Source of the DNA: Tubulanus polymorphus
Lineage: Eukaryota; Animalia; Nemertea
DNA: 64,000 nt
Reading direction: 5' to 3'
Assembly (NCBI RefSeq): GCF_964204645.1
Contig: NC_134025.1
Coordinates: 19,629,101 to 19,693,100 of the forward strand
The notes below the pieces were generated by a model. It had not been told where the DNA came from and did no database searches. It saw only the letters and a program-made list of their open reading frames with translations. Both the position numbers and the translations under genes were made by a program. Positions 40,068-51,455 of the stretch are shown in pieces (positions within the stretch are counted from its first letter, which is position 1; each line of letters starts with the position of its first letter).

Positions 40068-41329
40068 CAGATAGTTCTGGCTGGCGATCGATACCCAATA
40101 GCCATCTCAAATATTTGTTCGAATAACATTCAATTCAAGGTTTTGTACCGTTCTAGATAAGGTCGATCAAACAATCAACCGGAAAATCTAAATTCATGTC
40201 AAGAAGTGCCGATTTGCGCCTCAGAAAATCACGTGTATGTTTTGGTGAAAAAATGATGTAACGTCAAAGGAAATGATCTTAAAAAGCGAATTATTTTCTG
40301 AATTCCTAGTTTTCTGTTCATAACACCATGCCCAATTCGGACTCTTTAAACTTGGACTTTAGTCTAACTCAGACTGTATTTCGATGAATTTCCGTTCGCC
40401 CCTGTACTCGACCCGGACTAATTGAACGTGCTTCCCTGAGATAATAAACGGATAAAGATAACTATTATCTATTGTTTGACGATGTTGTTTATTGTGTTCA
40501 TATGCCGATCATATACATTTATAACTGTCGCAGCGTACCGTAGCCGGGTAGCGATGCGATCGTTCGAGTCCCTGCTAGGGTAGAATGACAGTTAATGCCC
40601 GCGAGGCTAAGAAAATTAACTTCGCATTCATTTAAAGAGCTGGAAATAATGAGTTCTGTGAAAAAAATCCAAATATGTGTGAGGAAGTAGGCCTACGGTA
40701 ACCAGGTACCGTACTATATTTTAAACATGTCATTTCCTGTATACGAATTCTCACCAGTTCTAGCACCACTTTTTCTATATATGATTTATTTTGTAATCGG
40801 TGGGTAACTGGTGTTGTGGACCCCGTGAAACCCCGAATCTGGGTCCTCAGCATGCCACATCACTCACAAATGCTGCAGCCATCACTGACAGAGAACGTGT
40901 AGCCTCTTTTTAGGTAAGATTTCCCGTTAAATATCATGCGAACTCTAATAATCAGCCTATAAGATCTGCGGTGGCAATAATACATGTATATTTTAGTGTG
41001 GGTACCTTTCATTCTCTTTATTACACCTTCGGTGCATACGTTTCCGATATTTTACATGCGACGCACGGAGACTAAAATAAGTCCAAGGGGTCCTACGTCT
41101 TCGTTTGAGTTTGTACTTTGCCGAGGAAAGTTCTTTTCTCAACATTTTTCTCAACCCGGATTCGGACTGAGAGAACCGGTCAAATATGAAATGCATAATG
41201 GTCGCAGGAAAGTTTGGGCTGAAAAAAACAATCTTTGAGTGATATTTTGAAAAATAAGGACCAAGTACGAGAAAAAGCGTGACGTGATTCGCAGACCCAC
41301 CGACTGTACACCAGGTGACGCGGTATTCT

Positions 41330-41440
41330 GGGTGACTGGATGACCGAGTGACTGGACGACTGAATGGACGAATGACTGGATTACTGGATGTCAGGGTGAG
41401 TGGTTGACTGGTTGCTTGGATGACTGATCAACTGGATGAC
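41330..41440. repeat. Degenerate (GACTG/GGAT)-type simple repeat
   Basis: tgactggatgaccgagtgactggacgactgaatggacgaatgactgg... Confidence 0.6.
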
Positions 41441-41689
41441 CTTACCATCATCCCCATCTCCACCATCTCCATAATCACCTTCTCCAGCATAAATACCATG
41501 AATTCGTCCTGGAATTATTATTTCACAGCATTCTACACTTGGGCCTGAGTGTTGGCGACAATAAGAAAAACATTTAGACCTATGTCGTCAGTCTCTAAAT
41601 CGGACTAAGATTTACGATCCCAGTTTGTCCGAGTTAGGCAAGGTTTACTGTTATAACGGTTATAATAAACATTGGCTGCTCCCCTTAAG

Positions 41690-43355
41690 TTCTTATAATC
41701 TGGTCCCACTGTAACCCCGGGACTGTAACAAATTTGCAGAAGGACTCCTGCTTGCCTCGGATCTTTTGGAACCGATATATTTTCTCTGGAGGCAAGCCAA
41801 TTTCGAGGCACTGGAACTGGTTCGTTTCCGTTGGATGCCGTAGTCGCGACCGCTGTAACAGATCAAACTGAATCTGTTGTTCTTCCTGTTCAAGATGGCG
41901 TCATAGTTGAAAATGGTATTCACAACGTGCTCAATATTGAGGACTATTCTTCGTAACCAGATTTGTTGCGAGTAACCGCTTCTGTTCGTCGTTTCACTGA
42001 TCTCCATGGTTAAAGCGTAAACCTGGATCACAGTTGTCGTTACTCCGTTGGTCGACGGAACAGTGGATAAAATCGTGTCAGTCATCCGTGTATAAAGATG
42101 AGCTGTATCGTCTCCGTAACAATAAACCAGCAAATCTTCGTATGAAACAGTTAACTATGTATCTCGATAATGAAGTGATTAGGTCGAAAGGTCGTCTACA
42201 CAACGCGCAGTTGGAAGACTGTACCAAGTTTCCACCGATATTACCACCCGATCATAAGTTCACCGAGTTTGTTAATGATGCACATCGCGATGTGCATCAT
42301 GAAGGTGTACCGGCTACAATGGCTAGAATCCGTCAGAGTTACTGGGTGCCACGTTTGCGTAGGTTTACTAGCAAGCTCTTATTCCGATGTTTTCGTTGTA
42401 AAGAACGTCACGGAAAGCCGTCAGTATCCAGCACCACCTCCCCTGCCGGCGGATAGAGTTAAAGACGCAGTGCCGTTTTCCGTTACCGGGATTGACTAAG
42501 CCGGGCCGTTCGACTAGCTGTCAATGAGCCTGCTGCCGAGGCTAAGTCGTATATAATCTTGTTTACGTGTGCTGTAATTCGATGTATTCATCTTGAGCTC
42601 GTCACTGATCTTTCATTACCAACTTTTATGTTGGCGTTTCGTAGGTTTTGTAGTCGCCATTCTTTTCCTGCTTGCTGCATTTCGGACAATGCATCAACGT
42701 TCAAAGCCGCTGAAAGACAGTTGCTGGAATTATTCTCGTCTCCTCAGCTGGAGAAACAGCTTGCGTTACCGAAATTGAGTGTACGCTGAAACCGAAATTG
42801 AGCGTCCGCTCACCGCTGTTTTTGATGGAATATCAAATCCGCAGCCTATTACCCCATCTCAGTTGTTTTTCTATTGACTATTCCCGGGACCCGATGGCGT
42901 AGTTCAAGTCGCCGGTATTAGAACAAGTCAGGGTTATACAAATCGCCCTATATCGCGGCTGTACCCGCTCGAGATATCGTGTGAAGAAAAGGAACGAGAT
43001 GTGATTTTCGATCGGGTTAACGATCAACCAGTGTCAGCAGCTGCAAGACCCAAACGTGCTGCTATACGGGCGAAGGAACGCATAAAAGAACAATCACTTG
43101 ACTTATATTTTGTATTACATGTTCAGTTGTATAAACACGTGGCTGGAGTGTGTCGGGAAAGTTTATGTTTAATTCAAGTTTGAATTTACCGCCTGTTTTT
43201 ATAGTTCCCGACATACTTCTGTCACGCCTCCTGTGCGCACGCGCATTTTTGTTGTTGTGTTGGTCAAGACGGTGGTAGCCATTAACAGTTGATGATATAA
43301 ATTTCGTCGTTTGTTTTTACGGCAGCTGTCTTACCGGAGTTTCCCGTTTCTCTCT
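41690..43355 (+). mobile_element. Decayed BEL/Pao LTR retrotransposon: integrase region and probable start of 3' LTR
   Basis: Frameshifted pieces: HRDVHHEG...WVPRLR...CFRC (HHCC zinc finger), PPPLPADRV..PFSVTGID, FTCAVIRCIHLELVTDLS..F..AFRRF, ISDNASTF, FPGPDG..RPISRLYPLE; purine-rich stretch followed by TG at 43151. Confidence 0.88.
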
Positions 43356-43613
43356 CACACCGTAAAACTGCTGGCGTTTTCAGACGTATTCAATCCGAGT
43401 ATAGACGGATTAACCATGTTCAGTCGTATTTCCCGTAATTATATTATTCCTGCTAGAAATGCATTTTCCTATTTTTGTACCATTTTCTCTCTCACACCGT
43501 AAAATTGCAGGCGTTTTCAGACGTATTCAATCGAGTATAGACGGATTTACCGTATTCAGTCGTATTTCCCGTAATTATACTATTCCTGCTAGAAATGCAT
43601 TTTCCTATTTTTG
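43347..43613 (+). repeat. 137-bp tandem duplication spanning the left end of the EnSpm-like element
   Basis: tttctctctcacaccgtaaaa...gcattttcctatttttg present twice; CAC starts at 43356 and 43493. Confidence 0.9.
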
Positions 43614-44749
43614 GAGTTACTTATCCTTCAAAATGCAGAAAATATCCGGGTGGAAGAGGGCTTGCAACTTTTATGAATTCCAGATATAGGAGGAAAATCC
43701 CGTTAAAAGACGGAATTATGTAATCCGAATACTTGGAAAAACACATCCAAATGCAGAAGTACAAAATCCTCGGAAATTCATTAATTCTGAAGCATTTCAG
43801 ATCGACGTTAACTTTACCGATCAGAATGAAATCCGATTCAGAATAACCATGATTCAAAATCCTCTGGTTGAAGCAGACAACGTCCATCCAACAATTTAAC
43901 TCATGCTGTGAATTAAATCCTTTAAAACCAACTATATTTCTCCATTAAACAATTACATCTACAAATGTAAAGTATTTCTCCATTAAACAATTATATCTAC
44001 AAATGTAAAGTAACAAAAATAACTTGCCAAAAACCAACTAAAGTGATTTTTAAATTTCTACAAAATTTTAAATTCAGGTATTAGAATAATTATTGGGCCA
44101 CCTTATTAAAATAGTTGCTAAATAACCATTTATCTCAACCAGATACACCATATGGACTTATCGTCAATCACCTAACTTCAGAACTGAAGTAAATCACAAA
44201 AAAATCAATTACTGCAATATTACATGAGAATATAAATCTTTGTAACTGCAAAATAAATGCATGTAATCCTTTTTGGAATCAAACTATTTCAGGACTCGAA
44301 CCAGGAGCCACACTACATGAACTACTACATCATGTAAATTTCAAAATAAAATTTAGAAAAAAGGAAACTTATAATTTACAAAATTTTACAATATGGTTAT
44401 CCATGAGGTAGATATACGTGCATAGCAATCCATTATGGAATTAACCAATATTCCACGACTCATGTCGATAATCACACAATTACACAAATTATGTGAATTT
44501 AAAAACAAGATTATATGAAATATAAAGGTAAATTCGTCTAACCAATATCCGAGGTAGGTAGGTGTCATCAATTATCCCACTTTAACACAAAAATACATAT
44601 CATGTGAATTTTTAAGAATTAATTTATCAATTAATCCTTGAAATTAATAATCTTAAAGATTACTTATTAATTGTTATCCATGAAGATAGGTAACGGTACA
44701 TAAAATCCCTTTCATGGATCCTAAAAGAACCTAATACATGTAGATCCTA

Positions 44750-45727
44750 AATATGATTAGCTAAAGCTTTAGCCAGTCGCATGACCTTCCCAGGTGTTTT
44801 CGTCCTATCATCATGATACTTCACCATGAACCTGAAATAGAATTAACAGAAGTCAAATTAACAAATTGCTTGGTTAGAACAGCACAGCCACTATGAAAGA
44901 ATTATAATCCAGCTTATTCATGATCTTATTCTATACCTAATACATCCATAATACTGTATGTAATGACACAGCATACATACCTCTGAAAGAATTCAAATGA
45001 GTTGGTAAGCTTCGGGTCATACTTAATATCGAAATTCAAATACGTTATAAACATTGCTTTAACTGCATCTGTTAAATCCGTCACCTCCCTTATGACAGTT
45101 CCATCAACGGAAATTATGTATCTAGCATCATCTGAAAAAAATATTGATTCATTATCAAAGATATTCTAAAAAGTGACCACTAAGTCACTTTCTATAAAGA
45201 CCAGGGTGATTTTTACCTACATTCGTATCTCACAGTTGATTTACAATTTATACCAATGTAGGCCAAAATGTTTTAAAAGCGCGGTTACTTTATATGCAAC
45301 AGTTATCATAAAGTTGATTGAAACTGTCTACTTACTTCCTTCCCCAACACTAATCATAACCGGGGTTTTTGGTAGCACCAGAGAACCTAGCTCAGCCTGG
45401 AAATAGATTGTGAATTAAATTCATGGGATGAAAAATCAATTAACCAAAATTAGTATTGGTACTGTATAGTTTATGACAACTATTTCAATCATTCATTTTA
45501 TTTCAATAAACATGTAAAATGTTTTCTTACCTCAGATACTATTATACTTTCTGTAGGTTCTTTGAAGTAATCCCCCAACATTTTGAAAGAACTTTCTGTG
45601 CCCATTATCTCATATCTTCTGTCACTAACTGCTTCCAGATATTTTTTCAATTCATTACATCTACTGTTAATATTTTGCTCAAATGCATCTAACTTTATCC
45701 CGGTAAGGACTTCCGTAAACAAAGCAT
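44750..45727 (-). pseudogene. 3' exons of a spliced EnSpm-associated accessory gene, truncated by the Maverick end
   Basis: Exon pieces LTGIKLDAFE...LGDYFKEPTESII; LPKTPVMISVG; YIISVDGTVIREV..AVKAMFITYLNFDIKYD...FEFFQR; FMVKYHDDRTKTPGKVMRLAKAL, with GT-AG borders. Confidence 0.6.
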
Positions 45728-45978
45728 AGTAGTAATAGGGTAAATAGGCTTTCATACCAGAGGTCGAGCCCACTCTCCCTCTCAACCTCTGATATGAAAG
45801 CCTATTTACCCTATTACTCCTAATAATTTCATAAAAATGAACATCATTTATATTAATATCATTGATTTCAAATAAAAAAAATAGGTAAAATAAATGGACA
45901 GTTAAAAAAATATAAAAACTAACGAGTAATTAACGAGTTAAAGAAAATATAAATTTTGATAAAAAATATGTGTAATAA

Positions 45979-46320
45979 ATGGAGAGTAAACAAATACATA
46001 ATGAATTCTTAGCTAGAATTAAAGATACTACAAATGTCAAATCTGTAGATTATAAATTCAAAAAGTTAACAGAATAAACATTACACAAGAAATATTCAAT
46101 TACAAATATTGAAACAATTACTAATAGATATGGTAATAAATTAGTTATTCACTTAGAATATGAAGGATTAAAAGGAAATAAATATAAATTAAGAACATAT
46201 TTACCAGATAGATTTCATAGATTATCTAGCGAAGATTTAGAAGAATTATATTCTGGTGATTTCTATTTCATATATAAGGGTAAGAATGAAAAAGGATGTC
46301 ATGATATAGATTTTGAATAA
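45979..46320 (+). pseudogene. Maverick-associated small ORF with one internal stop
   Basis: TAAATG start; FKKLTE*TLHKKYSITNIETITNRYGNKLVIHL...TYLPDRF; internal TAA at 46075-46077. Confidence 0.55.
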
Positions 46321-46336
46321 AAAATATGTAAAATAA

Positions 46337-47090
46337 ATGCAAGATAAATTAAAAGAATATAGAATATTTGTTGATTCTCGAAAACTTACAAATTTTAAAT
46401 CTCATAATTTACTAGTACAATTAGATAGAGAATTTAAAAATTGTGTAGATTTAAAATTAGTAAATATAAGTTTATGTAATTCTTTTTATAATGTATCGGA
46501 TAAAACTATTGAACATAGAGTCTTTTTAATTCACGATAGAAATAAGAATAGATGGTTTCATCTTTATCTAAAACCAGGATTATATAATTTAGATACATTG
46601 ATGCAAGAAATTAATAAAAGAGCACGCTCAAAAAATCTGCTGGATTTGGATTAAGACTTATTAAAAGTGATAGCTGTGATAAAATAAGAATAAAATTAGG
46701 CAATGAAGATCAACATCAATTTCTAGTTAAAAAACATTTAGCTAAACTGTTAGCAATTAACCCAGATAAAGTTTATTCAAATATTGATGCTACACCAAAC
46801 TTAATACCTTACACACATTTCTATATTTATTGTAATTTAATTGATCCTACAAAAACATTCGAAGCAACTAAAGATACAATTTGTAATTCTTGTTTATTGA
46901 ATATTCTACCATTAAAAAATGTTAAACAATTTGGAATGCAAATAAATTATAATTTAACTGAATGTGATTTTAAACCTTGTATTCCACATTTTAATAATTC
47001 TAAATTAGAAGTAAGAAATCATAATGGTTACTTAATTGATTTAAATAATTTTCCTGTAATTTATTAATTAGTTATAAGATGTAAAGAATA
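46337..47090 (+). pseudogene. Minor capsid (penton, single jelly-roll)-like gene, frameshifted
   Basis: IFVDSR..LLVQL..LVNISLCNSFYNV..LKPGLYNLDTL, frameshift near 46620-46650, then LAKLLAI..FYIYCNLI..LLNILP..INY..LEVRNHNGYLIDLNNFPV; this pattern is typical of Polinton/PLV pentons; TAA at 47065. Confidence 0.7.
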
Positions 47091-47463
47091 TTTTTTTCAC
47101 TATATAAATATGAATATAACAGTAGGACCGAGTATGTTTTGTATTTGATTTTAAACGTGAGAAAGAAATGAAATATGATATTAATGATGTAATAACACAT
47201 ATTAAAATATAACATTTTCTAATAAAACAACATTTGATTATCAAACAACAATAAATAAAGAAACTTATAATGTAGAAAAGATTACTGATTTAATTAGAAA
47301 TTCTTTAAGATTTTGTGAATTAGATGAAGATTTTATCATCGATGATATGAAAAAGATAATAACTGAAGTATATGAAAATGAAACTAATAATGATAGAAAT
47401 GTTAAAATAATTATAAATAAGATAACTAAATATTTTGAGGATAGTAATTTTTTGGAAAAATAA

Positions 47464-47691
47464 ATGAGTGATAATAAGTGGATAATAACTGGTTTATATA
47501 ATGGAGCATTACTATCAGTGGGAACAGTTGGTTATAGAATGTTATTGAAGAAAGTTTTTAAAATGGGAAATATCAATGTTGATAGATTTGACATCAATGA
47601 TATTTTAAAATTAACGTTAGCAGTTACTTTATCTAATTTAACCATTGATTATTTAGAAAAACAAAAATTTATACCTTCTATAAATGCATAA
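47464..47691 (+). CDS. Small hydrophobic Maverick/adintovirus-associated protein (75 aa)
   Basis: Intact ORF with TAAATG start; GLYNGALLSVGTVGYRMLLKKVFKM...DILKL...DYLEKQKFIP resembles small ORFs of marine-invertebrate Mavericks. Confidence 0.55.
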   Translation: MSDNKWIITGLYNGALLSVGTVGYRMLLKKVFKMGNINVDRFDINDILKLTLAVTLSNLTIDYLEKQKFIPSINA

Positions 47692-47707
47692 TTTTTTTAG
47701 AAAATAA

Positions 47708-48130
47708 ATGGCATCTGCAATTATAACTATTATAGGATCGGCAATTGTTAACGCTTTAGCTTTTACAGGTGGTGGTTATTTATTTAAGCATATTGATAAA
47801 AATGGTTCATTATCAGAACAAAAAAGACATAACTTAGCGTTAGAAAAATATAATAAAGCAGCAGAAAAATATAGAGAAAAGAGACAAAATTATATGGATT
47901 ATATTAACAAAGAATTATGTAATCAGAACATTTCACATAGAGATTTTCAATCAGTTGATGATGCTATGAGTTTATATAACGCAGTAACAAATAAAGAAAA
48001 ATTACATCTATATAAACCTACAATATCATATTATTATACCCCAAGTAAAGAACAGAAGAAATATGAAATAATTTGAATTTTAGATGGAACAGTTATTGTT
48101 ATATTTGTAGCATATAAATTTACAAATTAG
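47708..48130 (+). pseudogene. Maverick/adintovirus-associated membrane/coiled-coil protein with a late premature stop
   Basis: MASAIITIIGSAIVNALAFTGGGYLF...EQKRHNLALE...YTPSKEQKKYEI; stop at 48074, and a hydrophobic tail continues in frame to TAG 48130. Confidence 0.6.
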
Positions 48131-48529
48131 TAATTTTTTGCTAAGTAAATGGATGATAAAGTTGATAATATTGATATTGTTCCTCATGATATCAATAAAA
48201 CTAAATTAAAATTATATTTGGAAAAGTTCAAAATTAAATATAAAAAGTAATAAAGAAAAAATTAAATCAAATATAAAAGAAATTATTAAATTAAAAAATA
48301 CATTAGATTATATTATTAGTTTAAATGGCAATATAACAATTGAAGAGCAGGATAAATTATTAAAAGCATTAACTAATTATTGATTTTTTTATAATATAAA
48401 TGGTAGATGGTTTTCCAAAAGCTTTCCAATATAATAAATCAATTAAACATAATATTCCAGCAATAAATTTTAATAAAAATATTACATATAGAAATGAAGT
48501 TTTAAATTCATTAATTCATTCCATGTCTT

Positions 48530-49040
48530 CAGAAATAGAGATGACCCCATCATTTATACTCGGAACTGTTTCATTTTCATTTGAACTTTCAGGCCTTGAA
48601 TATTCCCCAATGTTCTTGCACAATTCCAAGCAATATATCTGATGTGGACCATAGATGGGTGTGTTTTCTTGTCAAATGCGAGCTAAACGAAGATTTTACT
48701 TTATAGTGACGGCTCCAGTCAGCAAATGGACATATAATTTCGTGTCCACTTCTCAAATGATCATCCTTAAATGGCTGATGAAACCAGCAATGCTTGTGAA
48801 ACTTCTATGACAGTGGTTAACTGTGCAGGAAACGTGCATCTCAAGATGAGGAATTGTTGAAGCGCGAACAGCAGCATATTGCTGCCTGTGAATTCGATAA
48901 ATATGTACTCTTAAGGCTCCATAAGAAGTACATTTATGTTGACAATCCCTTAAGGGCCATGGAAACAGCAAATTTTGAACATTTCGGTGAAGTTTATAGT
49001 GATGGCAGTATGCAAGTAAGGAATTGGACTTCATCCGCCA
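48530..49040 (-). pseudogene. Zinc-finger N-terminus of an EnSpm-type transposase, frameshifted and truncated
   Basis: HYKLH...C..C.SYGALRVHIYRIH; CTVNHC..F....FISHLR; GHEIICPF....YKVKSSFSSHLTRKH. Confidence 0.6.
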
Positions 49041-50086
49041 AAAACTGAAAACTTACATGTCCTAAAATGAGATCAGGCATGAAAGGCATTAGGCCCTACA
49101 TAGCACAGGCTGTCTGTTTCATTGGTCGCAAACTATATAGGCTACTTAATTGTAAAAGTGTCACGTACGCTGCTGTAGGCAACGGAACAGTATCAACACT
49201 GGACTGCTGCTCGTCCACCTCGAGTAAATTAAAATACGACATGATTCTGATGATGTGAATGTCTTGTAAATAGCGGACCAAATGCGCAACTTCTGTGTAA
49301 AATCGTCGGGTGCGGTAAAATCCGTATTTATATTTCGTGCCGGACGGGAAAATACGTAGATGTATTCGGCCTTTTATTGCGGACCGCTGGTTAAAATTGG
49401 GGAAAGAACATCGTTAAGCGCAATTCTCCAGAACAAACATATCATAATACGCGGATAGCCGTTTTTAGATAGAAATTTATGTTTTCGTGAAAAAAAACGT
49501 GAAAGATTGGTTGTTTCCAGCAGAAGGCGGATGATTCCAGAATTTTAGGTCGTTTGTCATATAAATGAAGAAGATTCCATAATTAAAACGTATTTTCATG
49601 ATTTTTTACGTAAAAAGTGGTGAAACTAATACGGGTTGTCCGGAAGATTTTTTACAGAGTGGGTCATCATCACATGAATTGGAAGTAGGAATTCTAAATA
49701 TTAATGATATCTATAAACGTCCAGGGCATGCGGTTACTTGAGGCAGTCAGACTCTATCCTCTTTCTGTATTCACTTTCACCTAAAGAAATTCAATATCGA
49801 GTTTCAAAGAATTCAGATATACATATAATATCATAACATAACATCTATTACATATATTTCACAGGCCACTTAAACGTGGTTAAAGATAGACATACAGACG
49901 CATTAAATTCTTTTAAAGAGGACACATAATATGTACTAATATAATATGGATGGATTGATAATACATGTAACAAACAAATTAAATGTTGGTGCACAGTAGA
50001 CTCGAAATTCCGGAGTAACTGTGAATAAGATTTTCCATTTCTTGATACACAATTCAATATTTCTCGATAATTTTGGTATGTATCAT

Positions 50087-50503
50087 CATGGGCGGCACCA
50101 GAGGGGGGTCGAAGGGTGCGGACGAGCCCCTTTTTAAAAATTCCCAAACGATCGTCGCATAGGGAATTGACCTCGATAATGTTCCCAAGAGAGATGAAAG
50201 ATGCAAATCTCTTATTTGAGAACTAACATACTGTTTGTTAATCTTTGAAACTGGATTGTCGTGAAGTCTGTTTTGTAAAATCGAAACATGGTCCTGTTGT
50301 TCTCAACGTATTCGTTGGTAATAGGCCTAGTGGATTGCGTCAGAATGCATCTCCAAGACATAATTTTGCAGAAATTTCCGCTCCATGGAGTAGCAATTTT
50401 TATGCGTTCTGCACCCGAGCGGGCTCCACCCTTCAGCGACTTTTAGTTTTTAAATATTACGTACTCGACCCCCTCTCCTAGAAAATTCCTGGTGTTGCCC
50501 ATG
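50087..50503. mobile_element. MITE with hAT-like termini
   Basis: catgggcggcaccag ... ctggtgttgcccatg inverted ends; no clean target-site duplication seen. Confidence 0.6.
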
Positions 50504-51273
50504 ATCATTCATTACATTGTACTGCAGACCCCGCCTTACTCCGTAGCATTTAGACTAAATTTTTCACTGTGTTGTGATGACTGGATATCAAGTTAAGAAT
50601 CAGGGAAGTTCCCTAACTAAATTTCATTTAGAATTCACCGACTTCAGCATTTTACCAAGTTGATCAGTGCTGAGTAAGGAGGAGTCTATAACCACGTCTA
50701 CATTAGCTCATTCGAAAACCTGCGTTTGCAGTGAGTGGCATCTACACTCAACGCAGTTTCGGTAGTAAGAATCCACATCTGTAGTTCAAGTTCAAGGTCA
50801 ATTGTAGCGCTTGAACGCTGCATTGAACAGGTTTACTGTCTACAATAGCAAAAATGCAGCTTTTTACGGCAACATGGAGTGTACCCTTCCTTCTATTTCA
50901 AAAAGGGTTTCTTAAGCCCCCGTTTTTTGTAGAAAAATCTGCATTGAACCAATATTTTCACCGTAGTTGAGACGCATAACATGGGTATAAGAAGCAAGTG
51001 TAGACGTGGCTTATCTAACTTCTATGATACAGAATCATATTGGTTCTTTACAAGTTAAAGGTAAGTGGCTGAGTCTCAGTTCTGGTAATAGAACATTTTT
51101 GCAAAATCTATTTCAACATTTACCACAACAATTCGTTTTACAGTAGAATAGAATGGAATGTAAGTAACAGGAGGTAGCATTTATTTTGGAAACTGTGTAA
51201 ACTGGAGACTATGTACAGTCCTGTAGTACATGTATAGCCTAGTATTCCAGTATTTACCCTAGGGCGGCCAAAC

Positions 51274-51455
51274 CTATGAATGATAAACTTTGATGATTTC
51301 AATTATCTCTTTCCGGCAAATAGGACAGCAATCTCTTCTATTCAATAAAAGTTTTCCACAGTTGTTGCATGTAACCATGTGATGACAAGGACATAACAAA
51401 GTGTCGCGCTTATGATCCATACAAATTGCACAATCACGATCGTTGTCATAAAAAG
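51274..51455 (-). CDS. Terminal exon of dehydrogenase-like/RING fusion gene: C3HC4 RING finger (neuralized/IAP type)
   Basis: tttacttttttag| acceptor, phase 1; FYDNDRDCAICMDHKRDTLLCPCHHMVTCNNCGKLLLNRRDCCPICRKEIIEIIKVYHS-stop. Confidence 0.9.

Larger units (their letters stand above)
45728..48520 (+). mobile_element. Maverick/Polinton (adintovirus-like) endogenous fragment, one terminal region
   Basis: AGTAGT terminus at 45728; sharp switch to very AT-rich, intronless, tightly packed co-oriented ORFs starting TAAATG; penton-like ORF. Confidence 0.8.
43356..49661 (-). mobile_element. CMC/EnSpm-like DNA transposon with its core deleted and replaced by a Maverick fragment
   Basis: Termini CACACCGTAAAA ... 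TTTTACAGAGTG; minus-strand zinc-finger transposase N-terminus (48530-49040) and spliced accessory-gene 3' exons (44750-45727). Confidence 0.65.

Noticed and set aside
40525-40585. tRNA-like sequence with a gttcgagtcc B-box (similar weak cases near 13090 and 20290)
   Set aside because: No complete cloverleaf can be built; at most SINE-like remnants
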